Positions 33,381 through 44,413 of a stretch of DNA of 64,000 bases are shown piece after piece. The stretch covers positions 43 to 64,042 of the forward strand of contig CAVUSZ010000038.1 in the NCBI GenBank assembly GCA_963744255.1, in the 5' to 3' direction. The DNA is from an uncultured beta proteobacterium (GTDB lineage: Bacteria > Pseudomonadota > Gammaproteobacteria > Burkholderiales > SG8-39). The position numbers and the translations under genes are program-made. The notes beneath the pieces were generated by a model that saw only the letters and a list, made by a program, of their open reading frames with translations, was not told where the DNA came from and did not search any database. Numbering within the stretch: position 1 is the first letter of the stretch; each line of letters opens with the position of its first letter.

Positions 33381-33778
33381 CTAGAGTCCTCCTCGACACC
33401 GGGCCGTTGGTCGCCCTCTTCAAGCGCAACGATGCGTCGCACCCCCGCGCGGCTGCGTGGTTCTCTCGCAACCGCGCGGATCTCGTAACCACGCACGCAG
33501 TGCTTACGGAAGCCTGGCACCTGATCAGCCCGCCTGCACGGGGGAAATTGATGGCGTTCGCGGCCGAGGCGCTCATCGTCCCGCAGTTGTCCGACGACGC
33601 AATCCCGAGGCTGGCACGACTGCTCGCCACCTACGCGGACACGCCGATGGACTACGCGGACGGGACGCTGGTACTGCTCGCGCACGACCTAGGCGAGTTG
33701 CGCGTCGCGACGATCGACGTCGGCGATTTCTCCGCCTACCGGACCGAAGGCAAGAGAGCGCTGCGCATGGTCTTCTGA
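33377..33778 (+). CDS. PIN domain (VapC-like) toxin
   Basis: LLDTGPLVA, VLTE, MDYAD, TIDVGDF. Confidence 0.9.
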   Translation: MARVLLDTGPLVALFKRNDASHPRAAAWFSRNRADLVTTHAVLTEAWHLISPPARGKLMAFAAEALIVPQLSDDAIPRLARLLATYADTPMDYADGTLVLLAHDLGELRVATIDVGDFSAYRTEGKRALRMVF

Positions 33779-33868
33779 GGGAGCGCCAAGCCTCAGGACG
33801 CCGGTGCGTGCACCGCTCCCGACCCGGCGGCCGCGGCGGCGCACCGCGGGCCGCGCCGCGCCGGCGGG

Positions 33869-34699
33869 CTACGCGAAGAACGCGAACGTCCGCGCCTCGA
33901 TGCTCTGTCGCGGCGGTGCGTCGGGCGGCGTGTTCGGGTCGACGAACGAAGTGTGCGCCGTGAAGCGCGCACGCCCGTCCTTCGCCGAGTCATAGACCTT
34001 GAAGACGAGCGCCTCGTCGCGCCGCATCTCCGGAAAGTAGAACCAGCGGTGGGCCGGGTTGTAGCGCACCTGGTAGGTCTCGCCGACCCGGTGCGGGTAG
34101 CGGCGCTCGGCGGCGAGAAGGTCGCCGCGAGCGACGCTGCGCGCGTCGGCAATCGCGAGGGGGTTCGACCGGATCGGCTGGTTGATCGCCCGCCAGACCT
34201 GGATGATCGCGAACCGGTGCGCGAGCAGCGCATCGGCTTCGTGGGGCAGCACCTCGCGCACGCGTTGCGGTCCGGACCACTCGGTGTAGTCGTTGTGCGC
34301 CGACAGCACCGGCTCGCGGACGAGCAGCGCCTCGCGCTCGGCCTCGTCGCCCGAGCGCAGCGTGTGGTCGAAGACGACCACGCGCGCGGCGCCGGACGCG
34401 GCCTTGACGATCTGCTCGACCTCAGGGTAGTAGACGGCCGCGAGCTGATCCTCGTCGAAGAAATCCGCGACCGCGGTCGGATGCGGCACGAGGACGAATC
34501 CGTTCTCGTCCAGCGAGAACGTGCCGGCGAGCGGCCGCCCGTCGCGGATCGGCATCGACCGTTGCTCCTTTGTCCCCGTGTTGCGGCGCCGGATGTTGCC
34601 CGGGCCGAACGTCTCGTTCACCGGCTTCTCGCCGGTGTCGACCGCATAGGCGATCCCCGCGTTGATCGCGCCCGCTCCGGCCTGTGCTTCCATCGCCAC
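33869..34699 (-). CDS. CmcJ/NvfI family oxidoreductase
   Basis: FDHTLR, HNDYT, VWRAI, HTSF, RQSIEAR. Confidence 0.85.
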   Translation of the reverse strand: MAMEAQAGAGAINAGIAYAVDTGEKPVNETFGPGNIRRRNTGTKEQRSMPIRDGRPLAGTFSLDENGFVLVPHPTAVADFFDEDQLAAVYYPEVEQIVKAASGAARVVVFDHTLRSGDEAEREALLVREPVLSAHNDYTEWSGPQRVREVLPHEADALLAHRFAIIQVWRAINQPIRSNPLAIADARSVARGDLLAAERRYPHRVGETYQVRYNPAHRWFYFPEMRRDEALVFKVYDSAKDGRARFTAHTSFVDPNTPPDAPPRQSIEARTFAFFA

Positions 34700-34895
34700 C
34701 CCCAGTAGAACGCATCCGCGCGGAAGCGTACATCAGAGTCGGACAAGGAACGTGAGATCGAAAGAATCGGTCCTCGCGCCGCGAAACCGGGCGTGGCGCG
34801 CACATCGCGAGATCACTCGCGAGCTCGCGGCTGCGGCGAATCCGACAGGCCGTGCAGGCTCGTCCGCGACAACGCCGTCGCGGGAGCGTGGGCGT

Positions 34896-35210
34896 TCAGC
34901 CGGCCGCCGCTGCGGGCTTCACCGGCACCCGCGTCGGCGCGGTGTTGACCTTGGCCTCGCCGCTCATCGGGTCGATCGCGCTCGCCGGAGCGATATACGT
35001 GCACTTCTTGTCATCGCCGGAGATGACGAGCTGCCCCCCCGGGAAAGTATTGCGCATTCCGACACGGATCGGGCCCGAGAGGTCGATCGGGGTGACCTCC
35101 GAGCGATAGACGATCCGGCTCGCCCGGTCGTAGACCGTGTAGCACTCGCCCCAGGCGGGCGTCGCGACGGCGCAGAGCAGCAGTACCAGGGGGGTGATCG
35201 CGTTTCTCAC
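34896..35210 (-). CDS. Small exported hypothetical protein
   Basis: Signal peptide; CYTVYD..IVYRS..PIDLS; GGAGG RBS. Confidence 0.7.
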   Translation of the reverse strand: MRNAITPLVLLLCAVATPAWGECYTVYDRASRIVYRSEVTPIDLSGPIRVGMRNTFPGGQLVISGDDKKCTYIAPASAIDPMSGEAKVNTAPTRVPVKPAAAAG

Positions 35211-35437
35211 GGGGCCTCCTCGGCCGGGACGATTCAGAACAATGTCATGAATACGCCAAACCGGAGGCGCCGTCCACCCCCCGGCGTCAGCACAGCGTGC
35301 AGCGTTTCACCCCGTTCGGCAGCACGACCCGTTCGGGCACCTGGACGGCGCCCGCGCGCGCCGTTCGGCGGCTCTGCGGCGTACCGGGTTGCGCGACCGG
35401 CGGGCGTGCCCGTATGCTGCCGGCATAGGAGCGAACG

Positions 35438-36037
35438 ATGCACGCCGTCAACCGCGCAACGAACATCCTGCTCCAGCCCGAGAGCGAGTGGTCGGCGATC
35501 GCCCGCGAGCGGAGCGACCCGCGATCCCTCTACCTCGGCTACATCGCGATCCTGGCGATCCTGCCCGCGGCGGCGACGCTCGTCAGCACCGGGCTCGTCG
35601 GGTCGCTCGGCTTCGGGCGCCTCGGACCCGGCCTCGCGGTGCAGGCTGCGCTGACGGGGTACGTCCTGAGCCTCGTGATGGTGCTCATCCTCGCGCTCGT
35701 CGCGAACGTCCTCGCACCGCGCTTCGAGGGGCGCAGCAATTTCGACCAGGCGCTCAAGCTCACCGCCTATGCGCTGACCGCCTCCTGGGTCGCCGGCATC
35801 TTCACCATCCTGCCGGTGGTCGGCTGGTTGATCTCGCTCCTCGGCGGCCTCTACTCGCTCTATCTCCTGCAGCTCGGGGCGCCGCTGCTGATGAAAATGC
35901 CGGAGCGGAAAGCGATCGCCTACGGCGTCCTGGTGGTCGCGATCGCGGTCGTGATCACGTTCCTGATCGGCGCGGGACTCGCCGCCGCGTTCGGCATGGG
36001 CGCCATCGGCATGATGGGAGCGATCGGACGGTTCTGA
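35438..36037 (+). CDS. Yip1 family membrane protein
   Basis: NILLQPESEWSAI, LAPRFEG, TM helices. Confidence 0.88.
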   Translation: MHAVNRATNILLQPESEWSAIARERSDPRSLYLGYIAILAILPAAATLVSTGLVGSLGFGRLGPGLAVQAALTGYVLSLVMVLILALVANVLAPRFEGRSNFDQALKLTAYALTASWVAGIFTILPVVGWLISLLGGLYSLYLLQLGAPLLMKMPERKAIAYGVLVVAIAVVITFLIGAGLAAAFGMGAIGMMGAIGRF

Positions 36038-36099
36038 CCGCCCGGCGCGCCCGTGCAACTCGGGGCACGATCGCGCTGTCAGACGCTCCGGAGAGCCTC

Positions 36100-36558
36100 A
36101 TGCTGAATGCCATCCGCGAATTCTTCGATCAACGGGTGACCGCCCCCGCGGGGCAGGGCGACGACCGACACCCGATCGAGGTCGCCACCGCCGCGCTCCT
36201 CGTCGAAACCGTCCGGCTGGACAGCGCGATGGACGATGCGGAGCGCGCCGCGGCCCTTGGCGCCGTGCGCACCAAGTTCGGTCTCGACGCCGGGGAGGCC
36301 GAGACGCTGATCCGCCTCGCCGAAGAGGAGGCGCGGGACGCCACCGACTACTACCAGTTCACCTCGCTGATCAACCGGCATTTCTCCGCGGCGCAGAAGG
36401 AGCGGGTCATCGAGCTCATGTGGCAGGTCGCCTACGCCGATGCCGACCTGAGCGCGAACGAGCAGCACGTCGTACGCAGGATCGCCGACCTTCTGCACGT
36501 CCCGCACCGCGCGTACATCGCGGCGAAGCTGCGGGCGCGGGACGCTGCCGGACGCTGA
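36100..36558 (+). CDS. TerB family protein
   Basis: ATAALLVE, DYYQFTSLIN, WQVAYAD. Confidence 0.88.
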   Translation: MLNAIREFFDQRVTAPAGQGDDRHPIEVATAALLVETVRLDSAMDDAERAAALGAVRTKFGLDAGEAETLIRLAEEEARDATDYYQFTSLINRHFSAAQKERVIELMWQVAYADADLSANEQHVVRRIADLLHVPHRAYIAAKLRARDAAGR

Positions 36559-36571
36559 CCGCGGTCGGCGC

Positions 36572-37430
36572 TCACCGCGCGTCGACGAGCAGCCGCAGCT
36601 GGTCCGCGCGTCCGATCCCGGCCGCCGCGAGGCTCGCCGCGAACGCCGAGTCGGGGCCGACGAGCGGCGCAACGTCGCACTCGAGAAAACGCAGGCTGCC
36701 GGTCGCCGCCTCGTGCATGAGATCGATCCGCGCCGCCCAGTCGATCGCGAGCACGCCGGCGATTCGCAGCGCGAGTTCGCGCACCCTCGCCGCCAGCGCC
36801 GGGTCCGCGAGCGGCGCACTGCCCGGCCGGGCGAGATACTTGCGCCAGAAGGAGTAGGGCGTCCCCTCCGGGAGCGCGAGCCGCAGCGGCATCCCCACCC
36901 GGCCGCCGATCACGGCGATCGTCAGCTCCGCGCCGACGATCCGCTCCTGCGCGATGTAGCGATCGGTTCGCGCCCGCACGGGAATCGGTCCGTTCGCGAC
37001 CAGACGCATGCCGATCGAATCGGAACCCTGCCGCGGCTTGAGGATCAGCGGGAATGTCGCCTTGCCGGCGTCGCTCGCGAGCGCGGTCGCCGGGCAGTCG
37101 ATGCCGGCTCCGCTCGCGAGACGGTACGCCTCCCATTTGTCGTAGCAGCGCGCCATCGCCGCTGCGCCGGGGCCGAAGTATGGAATCGATGCGCGGCCCA
37201 GCGCCTGCGCAGCGACGAGCATCACCGGATCGGAGACACGCAGGAGCAGCGGGCCCGAGGGCAGCGCGCCGATCTCCGCCTCGCTGAACTTGACCATCCG
37301 CACGGCGTACCCCGCACGACGGAACTCAGCGGCGACCGCCCGGGCCTCGCCGCGGTGAATCCACGCGAGCGGGTGTACCCGCCAGGGTTCGACGACGACG
37401 TTCAGCTTGGGCGTGCTCGGCCCGCGCGCG
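36572..37430 (-). CDS. ATP-grasp protein, D-Ala-D-Ala ligase-like (start not resolved)
   Basis: IPYFG, CYDK, LILKPRQGSDSIG, QERIVGAE, ARIDL, FLECD. Confidence 0.7.
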
Positions 37431-37431
37431 C

Positions 37432-38931
37432 TCAGTGCCCGGGCAGGTATCCGCCGAGCACCGTCTTCGGCCACTTCGCCTGCGCGAGCAGGTAGTCGCG
37501 CGACTGTTCGGCCTTGCGCTGCAGCTCGACCACGTTCACGCCGACGAGCTGCCCCTTCCACTTCTTCACCTTGCCGCCGACGAAAACGGCCTCGACGTTG
37601 CTCGTATCCATGGTCTGCACGACCGCCGCGTAGGCGTTGTTGAGCGGCATCACGTTGATGCGATCTGTCGCGAGCATGATCACGTCGGCCTCCTTGCCGG
37701 GCGTGAGCGACCCCACCTTTCGGTCGAGGTGGTTGACCGTCGCGCCGCCGAGGGTGGCGATCTGCACCACCTGCTTCACGCCGAGCAGCGACGGGAGATT
37801 CTTCTCGCCGGCCCGCTCGCGCGCGAGCAGCTGCATGCGCTGCAGCACGAAGACGGTGCGCATCTGCGAGAAGAAGTCCGCGCCGATCGAGGTCTCGACA
37901 TCGTTGCTGAGCGAGAGCGGAAGCTTGAGATCGAGCGTCTGCTGAATGGGCGGAATACCGTGTCCCATCTCCATCTCCACCGGCGCCGCGATCGAGATCT
38001 TGCCGCCGGTATCGGCGATGTGCTTCCACTCCTCCGCGGTCAGGCGACAGCAGTGGATGTAGGTGACGTCCGGTCCCATCAGCCCGGCGTTCGCGAGCGG
38101 CAGCAGCTCACCTACGCCGTTGGCGTGCAGCGTGATCGGCGCGCCGACCTCGCGCGCGAGCCGCCAGTGGTTCGGATCGAATGCGGTCGCGAGCGCGAGC
38201 GTCAGCAGTTGGTCGTCGCTGGCGAAGTACTGCTTGCGGATCCGCCGGATGTCCTGCGGGTACTGGGTCGCCGGCCCCGGCGCGCCGAAGCCGTAGGCGT
38301 AGACGCCGCGGATGCCGGAGTCCCGCAACCCCTGCACGGCGGCGTCGGAGTGCGCCGGCGTATTGGAGATGTGCGACCAGTCGAGCATCGTGGTGACGCC
38401 GGCGTTCATCGCGCCCCACGAGCACAGGAGATCGCCGACGTAGACGTCCTCGGGCCGGTACACGCCGCGCGCGGTCGTGCCGATCGACTTGAAGTAGTCC
38501 CCCAGGCGGCCGTCGGGGAACACGTTGCGCAGCGGGCCCTGCCAGATGTGCCGGTGCGTGTCGACGAATCCCGGCATCACGATCATGTTCGAGGCGTCGA
38601 TCACCGTGGCCGTCGCCTGGAGGTTCGGCCCGACCGCGGCGATCTTCGAGCCCTCGATCAGCACGTCGGCCTGGTCGAAGTCGCCGAGCTTCGGATCCAT
38701 CGTCAGCACGACGCCGCCCTTCAGCAGCACGCGCTGCCCGGGAGTACCGCTCATCGCAGCCTGGTCGGCCGTCGCACATCCCGCGAGGCCCGTGCCGGCC
38801 GCGGCGCCGGCGAAGATCCCCGCGGCGCTCGAGGTGAGGAACTCGCGGCGCGAGACGCCGCGATCTTCGGGTTCGCGCCCGGCGCGGCGTGGCGTTTCGG
38901 GCGTGGCGGGGGATGGCGTGAGCTCGCACAT
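37432..38931 (-). CDS. Amidohydrolase family protein with Tat signal
   Basis: SRREFL; PGFVDTHRH; GSLTPGKEAD. Confidence 0.92.
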   Translation of the reverse strand: MCELTPSPATPETPRRAGREPEDRGVSRREFLTSSAAGIFAGAAAGTGLAGCATADQAAMSGTPGQRVLLKGGVVLTMDPKLGDFDQADVLIEGSKIAAVGPNLQATATVIDASNMIVMPGFVDTHRHIWQGPLRNVFPDGRLGDYFKSIGTTARGVYRPEDVYVGDLLCSWGAMNAGVTTMLDWSHISNTPAHSDAAVQGLRDSGIRGVYAYGFGAPGPATQYPQDIRRIRKQYFASDDQLLTLALATAFDPNHWRLAREVGAPITLHANGVGELLPLANAGLMGPDVTYIHCCRLTAEEWKHIADTGGKISIAAPVEMEMGHGIPPIQQTLDLKLPLSLSNDVETSIGADFFSQMRTVFVLQRMQLLARERAGEKNLPSLLGVKQVVQIATLGGATVNHLDRKVGSLTPGKEADVIMLATDRINVMPLNNAYAAVVQTMDTSNVEAVFVGGKVKKWKGQLVGVNVVELQRKAEQSRDYLLAQAKWPKTVLGGYLPGH

Positions 38932-39028
38932 GATCGGATCTCCTCCTCGAATCGCTTGTCGTTGGTCTGCGGGCGCGAGTTTACTTGCCCCCGCCGTGGG
39001 ACGGCGGTCCCATGTTCGGCACGTCCCA

Positions 39029-39910
39029 CTACGACGCGGCGCGGCCGCCCGCCTTCATGCGCCCGATGCAGCGGACGAGTTCGTCGTGCATCCGCGCCGG
39101 CGGCAGCCGGCAGCGCATGCCATGCCCCGGCAGCAGCCACTCGAATGCATAGCCCGCGAGCCGCTCCATCGACGCCGTCTGGAGGCCCCAGTCGTACCAG
39201 CACACGCTGCGCGAGGCAACGACGCGCTCGCCCCGCGCGTCCGACCACGCGTGGTCGCCGGAGAACAGGAAGCCCCGATATAGCAGGCAGGTCGAGCCGG
39301 GCGTATGCCCCGGCACCGGGATGAAGAGCGCCTCGTCGTCGAGCGGGACGGGCGCGTCGCCGTCGAGCTTGATCTCGACCTCTTGCGTCCCGGCGACGAC
39401 GTCGTCGCGGTGCAGGATGCGCTCGCAGCCGAACCGCTCGCGAAACTTGCGGTGATCGGCGACGTCGTCGCGGTGGGTGAGAAACATCCAGCGGACGCCG
39501 CCGAGCGCTTCGATCTCCGCGACGAGCGGGGCGGCATAGCGCGGCGAGTCGACCAGGATGTTGCCGCGCGGGCGCACGATCAGGTAGCTCCGGGCGCCGT
39601 AGCTCGATTCGGCCGCCCAGCCGCAGTAGTACACCCCGTCTGCGATCGGTTCCGGAAACGCCTGACGCGCCGCGGCGACGTTGCGCTTCGCCTCGGTGCC
39701 GATCGCCGCCACCGGGCAGGCGACGAGCGCCATCGCCGCGCGGCGCGCTTCGGCCTCGTCGACCGGCTGCCGATACACGTACGAGGCATCGCGCCCTTCG
39801 GCGAACGCGTCCGGCGCAATCTGCCGGCAGGTCCCGCAGTCGATGCAGGTCGAGTCGACGAAGAAATCGCCGGGGACGTTCGCCGCAAGGCGTTTCGCGA
39901 GCACGGCCAT
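39029..39910 (-). CDS. Ferredoxin + metallo-beta-lactamase fold protein
   Basis: CIDCGTC...CP; THRDDVADH; GHT; SGDH; PGHG. Confidence 0.9.
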   Translation of the reverse strand: MAVLAKRLAANVPGDFFVDSTCIDCGTCRQIAPDAFAEGRDASYVYRQPVDEAEARRAAMALVACPVAAIGTEAKRNVAAARQAFPEPIADGVYYCGWAAESSYGARSYLIVRPRGNILVDSPRYAAPLVAEIEALGGVRWMFLTHRDDVADHRKFRERFGCERILHRDDVVAGTQEVEIKLDGDAPVPLDDEALFIPVPGHTPGSTCLLYRGFLFSGDHAWSDARGERVVASRSVCWYDWGLQTASMERLAGYAFEWLLPGHGMRCRLPPARMHDELVRCIGRMKAGGRAAS

Positions 39911-40016
39911 AGCTCGATTCAGGCCTGCTCGCCGGGCGGGGATCCCTTCTCGGGCGTCGCGCGGGCTTGCCGGCGCACAACGGGATCGTATGCTGCGGCC
40001 GAGCGTCCGGCTCCCT

Positions 40017-40340
40017 ATGCACAGGTTCGCTCGGATCGCCGCCAACCCCGAGGTCCTCGGCGCCCAACCGCGATTCGCGGGATGCGACTGACCGTTCGCC
40101 GCGTGGTCGCGGCCGTGGCGACGTATCCCAATCGCGAAGATCTTTTCCGCGAGTACCCCGAGCTCGTGACCGCGACGTTCGGCAGGCACTCGAGTTCGCC
40201 GCTTCGAACCTGGACGACCGTATCGTTCCGCTGGAATCCGCTTGAAGCGGCTTCTGCTCGATCAAGGTTGCCCGTGGACGGACGCGTCAATTCTCAACAG
40301 CGAAGGCTCGGACGTCGTCCACGTAGGCGAGCGTCGGTCG
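40017..40340 (+). pseudogene. DUF433 antitoxin plus truncated DUF5615 PIN-like toxin
   Basis: NPEVLG.QP.IRGMRLTV...EYPEL..DVRQALEFAA; then LLLDQG..DVVHVGE and loss of homology. Confidence 0.75.
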
Positions 40341-40384
40341 GGCGAGTGGAGCACTACACGCCGCGGCCCCGCACCGGAGGAGCC

Positions 40385-41353
40385 ATGCGACCGACCCCGA
40401 TCCTCGCCGCGCTTGCGCTCGCGCTTGTCGCCGCCGGCGCCCTCGCACAGCCGTATCCCGCGAAGCCGATCCGGGTGATCGTGCCGAACCCGGCCGGCGG
40501 CTACTACGACCTGATCGCCCGGACGGTGGGGCAAAAGGCGGGCGAGAGCCTCGGCCAGCCGATGGTCGTGGAAAACCGCGTCGGTGCCGGCGGCAGCGTG
40601 GGAACGGAGTTCACCGCGAAATCGCCCCCGGACGGTTACACGATCATGGTCGGCGGCATCGGTCCGCACGGGATCGCGCCGAGCCTGTACGCGAAGCTGC
40701 CGTACGACCCGGTGACGGACTTCGCGCCGATCATCCTGGTCGCGACGACGCCCAACATCCTGGTCGTGCATGCTTCCTCGCCGCTCCAGTCGGTGCAGGA
40801 CCTCGTCGCGGCGGCGCGACAGAGGCCGGGCACGCTGAGCTACGCGTCGAACGGCAACGGCACCTCGCAGCATCTGTCGGCCGAGATGCTCGCCACGACG
40901 ATGGGGCTGAAGCTCAACCACGTTCCGTTCAAGGGCAGCGCGCCGGCGGTCGCCGCAATGCTCGGCGGCCAGGTCGACTTCGCGTTCGCCGTCGCGCCGG
41001 ACGCGCTGCCGCACGTGCGGGCGGGGAAGCTGCGCGCGATCGGCGTCACGGGCGCGAAGCGCGCGGCACCGCTGCCCGACGTCCCGACGATGGTCGAGGG
41101 TGGCGTGCCGAACTACGAGGCGACGGCGTGGTTCGGCTACTTTGCCCCGGCCGGCACGCCGCGCGAAGTCATTGAGCGGCTCAACGCGGAGATCGCGAAG
41201 GCGATGGCCGCGCCCGACGTCCGCGAGCGCCTCGCACCGGGCGGGCTCTCCGACCTCCCGGGCGGCACGCCCGAGGCCTTCGGCGAGTTCGTCAGGAGCG
41301 AGATCGCCAAGTGGTCGCGCGTCGTGAAGGAGTCGGGCGCGAAGATCGATTGA
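40385..41353 (+). CDS. Bug/TctC substrate-binding protein
   Basis: YPAKPIRVIVP, PPDGYT, HVPFKG. Confidence 0.95.
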   Translation: MRPTPILAALALALVAAGALAQPYPAKPIRVIVPNPAGGYYDLIARTVGQKAGESLGQPMVVENRVGAGGSVGTEFTAKSPPDGYTIMVGGIGPHGIAPSLYAKLPYDPVTDFAPIILVATTPNILVVHASSPLQSVQDLVAAARQRPGTLSYASNGNGTSQHLSAEMLATTMGLKLNHVPFKGSAPAVAAMLGGQVDFAFAVAPDALPHVRAGKLRAIGVTGAKRAAPLPDVPTMVEGGVPNYEATAWFGYFAPAGTPREVIERLNAEIAKAMAAPDVRERLAPGGLSDLPGGTPEAFGEFVRSEIAKWSRVVKESGAKID

Positions 41354-41356
41354 TCG

Positions 41357-41423
41357 CGTCACCCTGGCGAACGCCGGGGTCCAGGAGGCGCGGCACTGGG
41401 TCCCGGCCTGCGCCGGGACGACG
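41357..41423. repeat. CGTC-type REP doublet
   Basis: CGTCACCCTGGCGAACGCCGGGGTCCAG then inverted CTGGGTCCCGGCCTGCGCCGGGACGACG between convergent genes. Confidence 0.8.
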
Positions 41424-41534
41424 CTAGAGCGGATACACCAGCAGCGTATCGATCCGGTCGGAACGGTTTCCACTGCGCTCACGGTCGATCTCCGGTTCGG
41501 CTTCGGTCGCGTAATCTAGCACCGCCGCGCCGCA

Positions 41535-41942
41535 CTACTCGAGCTCGAAGGCGAGCCACGGCTCCCCGGCCCAGAGCCCGCCGTCGACCGACAGCACGGT
41601 CCGGAAGCCGCGGGCGAGGAGCGCATCCGCAGCCGCCGCCGCCTTGACGCCGAGCTCGCAGACCAGGACCACGGTCCGCAGCCGATCGCCCTCGGCTGCG
41701 CGCAGGATCTCGTCGGCGAGCCGCGCGGCGTCCGGGCCGCGGATGCCGCCGTCCGCGCGGAGCGGAATCCACAGCGCCCGCGCGAGCCGGCCGCCCTGCG
41801 CGCGCTCACCGGCCGTCCGCAGGTCGACGAAGAGCGCCGGAGAGCCCTCGTGATACCAGCGGGCCGCCTCGGCGTTGGCGATGCGATCGGCGGCGGTCGC
41901 GAACGGCGCCGCGGCGAGAAGCAGCATCGCCGTAAGCGTCAT
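41535..41942 (-). CDS. Exported rhodanese-like protein
   Basis: FVDLRT..E, VCELGVKA, VDGG. Confidence 0.8.
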   Translation of the reverse strand: MTLTAMLLLAAAPFATAADRIANAEAARWYHEGSPALFVDLRTAGERAQGGRLARALWIPLRADGGIRGPDAARLADEILRAAEGDRLRTVVLVCELGVKAAAAADALLARGFRTVLSVDGGLWAGEPWLAFELE

Positions 41943-42033
41943 GCCGGGCCATATCGCAGGCACCCGATCCCCCGTGCGTCGTGGCATCGGTTCTCATTTG
42001 GCCTCGCGCGGGAAAGGTTTTCGATACGTGAGG

Positions 42034-42822
42034 CTACGTACCGAATCGGACGCCGAGCGCCGCAAGCTGAGCCTCCATCGCCTCGACCCAGCCCCGGTTC
42101 GCGGCCGGGCTCGCCGGGCTCGGGTGCAGGATCTGTCCGACCCGCATCTTCCGCGCCACCGCGCCGTCGACGAGGTTCCCTTCGAGCACCGAGCGGATCC
42201 GGCGCTCGGCGAACCCGCCGATGCCGATCGCCCAGACCGGCGCGAGCGCGGTGAGCGCCGCGGCGAGATGGCGATCGCAGACATCGTGGACCGTGCGAAG
42301 CAGCGGCGCCGGAAGCTTGTCCGGCGTGAAGTTGCGGCCCGAAGCCTCGAGGAACGCGAGCGGGCAATAGTTCAGGACGAACCAGTCGGCGAAGAACCGC
42401 TCCGCCGTGCCGAAGCGCCCGGCCGCCCAGCCCCACAGCCGCCGGCCGCTCACCTCGGAGCGCCTGCAATCGAAGCCCTCGATCGGCCGCCGCGGATGCT
42501 CGTGCTTCGGCTTCTCGACGCGTGCGCGAATGCCCATCCAGTCGCGCACGGCCGCGATCTCGCCGAACGGCACGCCAGTCTGCATCATCCCGAACGGCCC
42601 CGGGTTCATTCCGAGCAGGACAAAGCGCTTGGGCCCCGCGCCGTAGCGCGTCACATACGCCTCGTAGGGCGCCCACGCGTAGCGGTGCGGGTCGTAGACA
42701 TGCGCGACCGGCGGCGGGAACTCGAGCGTCGCAAGCGACCGCGACAGCTCGCGGGCGGCATCGAGCAACGCGCCGCTCGTCAGTTGCCCTTGCCCAACTA
42801 GTAGGGCGAGCGGGTCGATCAT
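42034..42822 (-). CDS. SMUG1-type (family 3) uracil-DNA glycosylase
   Basis: GMNPGPFGMMQTGVPFG, EVSGRRLW, NYCPL, HPSP. Confidence 0.92.
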   Translation of the reverse strand: MIDPLALLVGQGQLTSGALLDAARELSRSLATLEFPPPVAHVYDPHRYAWAPYEAYVTRYGAGPKRFVLLGMNPGPFGMMQTGVPFGEIAAVRDWMGIRARVEKPKHEHPRRPIEGFDCRRSEVSGRRLWGWAAGRFGTAERFFADWFVLNYCPLAFLEASGRNFTPDKLPAPLLRTVHDVCDRHLAAALTALAPVWAIGIGGFAERRIRSVLEGNLVDGAVARKMRVGQILHPSPASPAANRGWVEAMEAQLAALGVRFGT

Positions 42823-43033
42823 GCAGTCGAGACGCACCGCTGCCGTCGAGGTCGATGCGGCGGTTAACCGAAGACGCCGCTGCAGGGCTCGCGCGCGGAG
42901 GTTGTGATCGAAATGGCGTTCCGGGAGAGAGCGCGCGAGCGTACAGGAGTCGGCGGCTCCCGTGCTGCTGCGTCGCAGCTTGACGCTCCTCCGGGCGCGG
43001 CTCAACGTTCGCGCTCCGCCAAGGGAGGCCAGC

Positions 43034-44324
43034 ATGAACTCGAACGACCGTCGCAGGTTTCTCGCCGGCACGGGCGCCGTCTCGGCGCTCGCCGCTTCCG
43101 GCCTCGTCGGCCGCGCCGTGCATGCGGCGATGGGCCCGCAGGACAAGTTCGACCTCGTCATCAAGGGCGGCGAGGTGCTCGATCCCAGCCAGAACCTGCG
43201 CGGGCGGCGAGACGTCGGGATCCGTTTCGGCGTCGTCGAAGCAGTCGAGCCCGACATCCCCGCCGATCGTGCGCTGCGCGTCCTGAACGCGAGCGGGAAG
43301 CTCGTCACGCCTGGGCTGATCGACCTTCACGCGCACGTTTTCCCGTACGGCTCGGCGATCGGGATCCCGGCGGACGAGCTCGCGCAGTTCCAGGCGACGA
43401 CGACCCTCGTGTCGGCGGGCGACGCCGGCGCCAACAACTTCGCCGTGTTCCGACGTCACATCGTCGCGCAGACCCGATGCCGGCTCTACGCCTTCGTCCA
43501 CATCGCGAACATCGGGCTCGCCGGCTTCCCGGTGGCGGAGCTCTTCAACATCAACTACGCGCAGACCGACACCGCGGCCAAGGCGGTCGCCGAGAACGGC
43601 GACATGGTGATCGGCGTCAAGGTGCGGATGTCGGAGAACGTGATCGCCAAGCACGGCCTCGAGCCGCTGCAGCGCGCGATCCGCGCCTGCGAGCAGTCGG
43701 GGACCGGCGGCAAGGTGATGTGCCACATCGGCGGCGTGCAGACCCGCGAGCTGATGTCGCAGATCCTCGACACGCTTCGCGCGGGCGACATCCTGACCCA
43801 CAGCTACTCGGGGGCGCCAACGACGCGGGCCAGGGCACGAACATCGTGCAGGACGGCAAGCTGCTGCCGGCGGCCCTCGCGGCGAAGCGGCGCGGCGTGA
43901 TCTTCGACGTCGGCCACGGCGGCGGCAGCTTCGACTACACGATGGCCGAGCCCGCGATCCAGCAGGGCGCGCCGCCGGACGTGATCTCCTCGGACATCCA
44001 CGTCTTCTCCGGCAACACGCCCGGCATGCCGTACCTCACCTGGGTGATGAGCAAGTTCCTGAACATGGGCTTCACGCTCGAGCAGGTGATCGCGATGGCG
44101 ACCGTCAATCCGGCGCGGGTGATCAACCGCGCGCCGAAGCTCGGCTCGCTGCAGAACGGCGCGCCGGGCGACGTGTCGATCCTCGAAGTGTCGAAGGCCC
44201 GGTGCGCTTCGTCGACACGCGGAAAAACGAGCGCGACGGGAAAGTCCACCTGCGGCCGGTGCAGACGGTGGTGGGCGGCGTGCCGTTCGGGCGGCCGTAC
44301 AACGCGCCGTTCACGGTGCGATAG
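43034..44324 (+). CDS. Amidohydrolase/deacetylase (dihydroorotase-like) with Tat signal, frameshifted
   Basis: DRRRFL; PGLIDLHAH; DAG; DVGHGGGSF; ISSDIH. Confidence 0.9.
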
Positions 44325-44413
44325 GCGCGGGCGCCTCGGGTATCCTGCGGGTCGGCCATGCCGCTGCGGCGGCGAAGTCATCGCGGCGCGGCCAACCGGT
44401 CCGAGAGGTAAGC

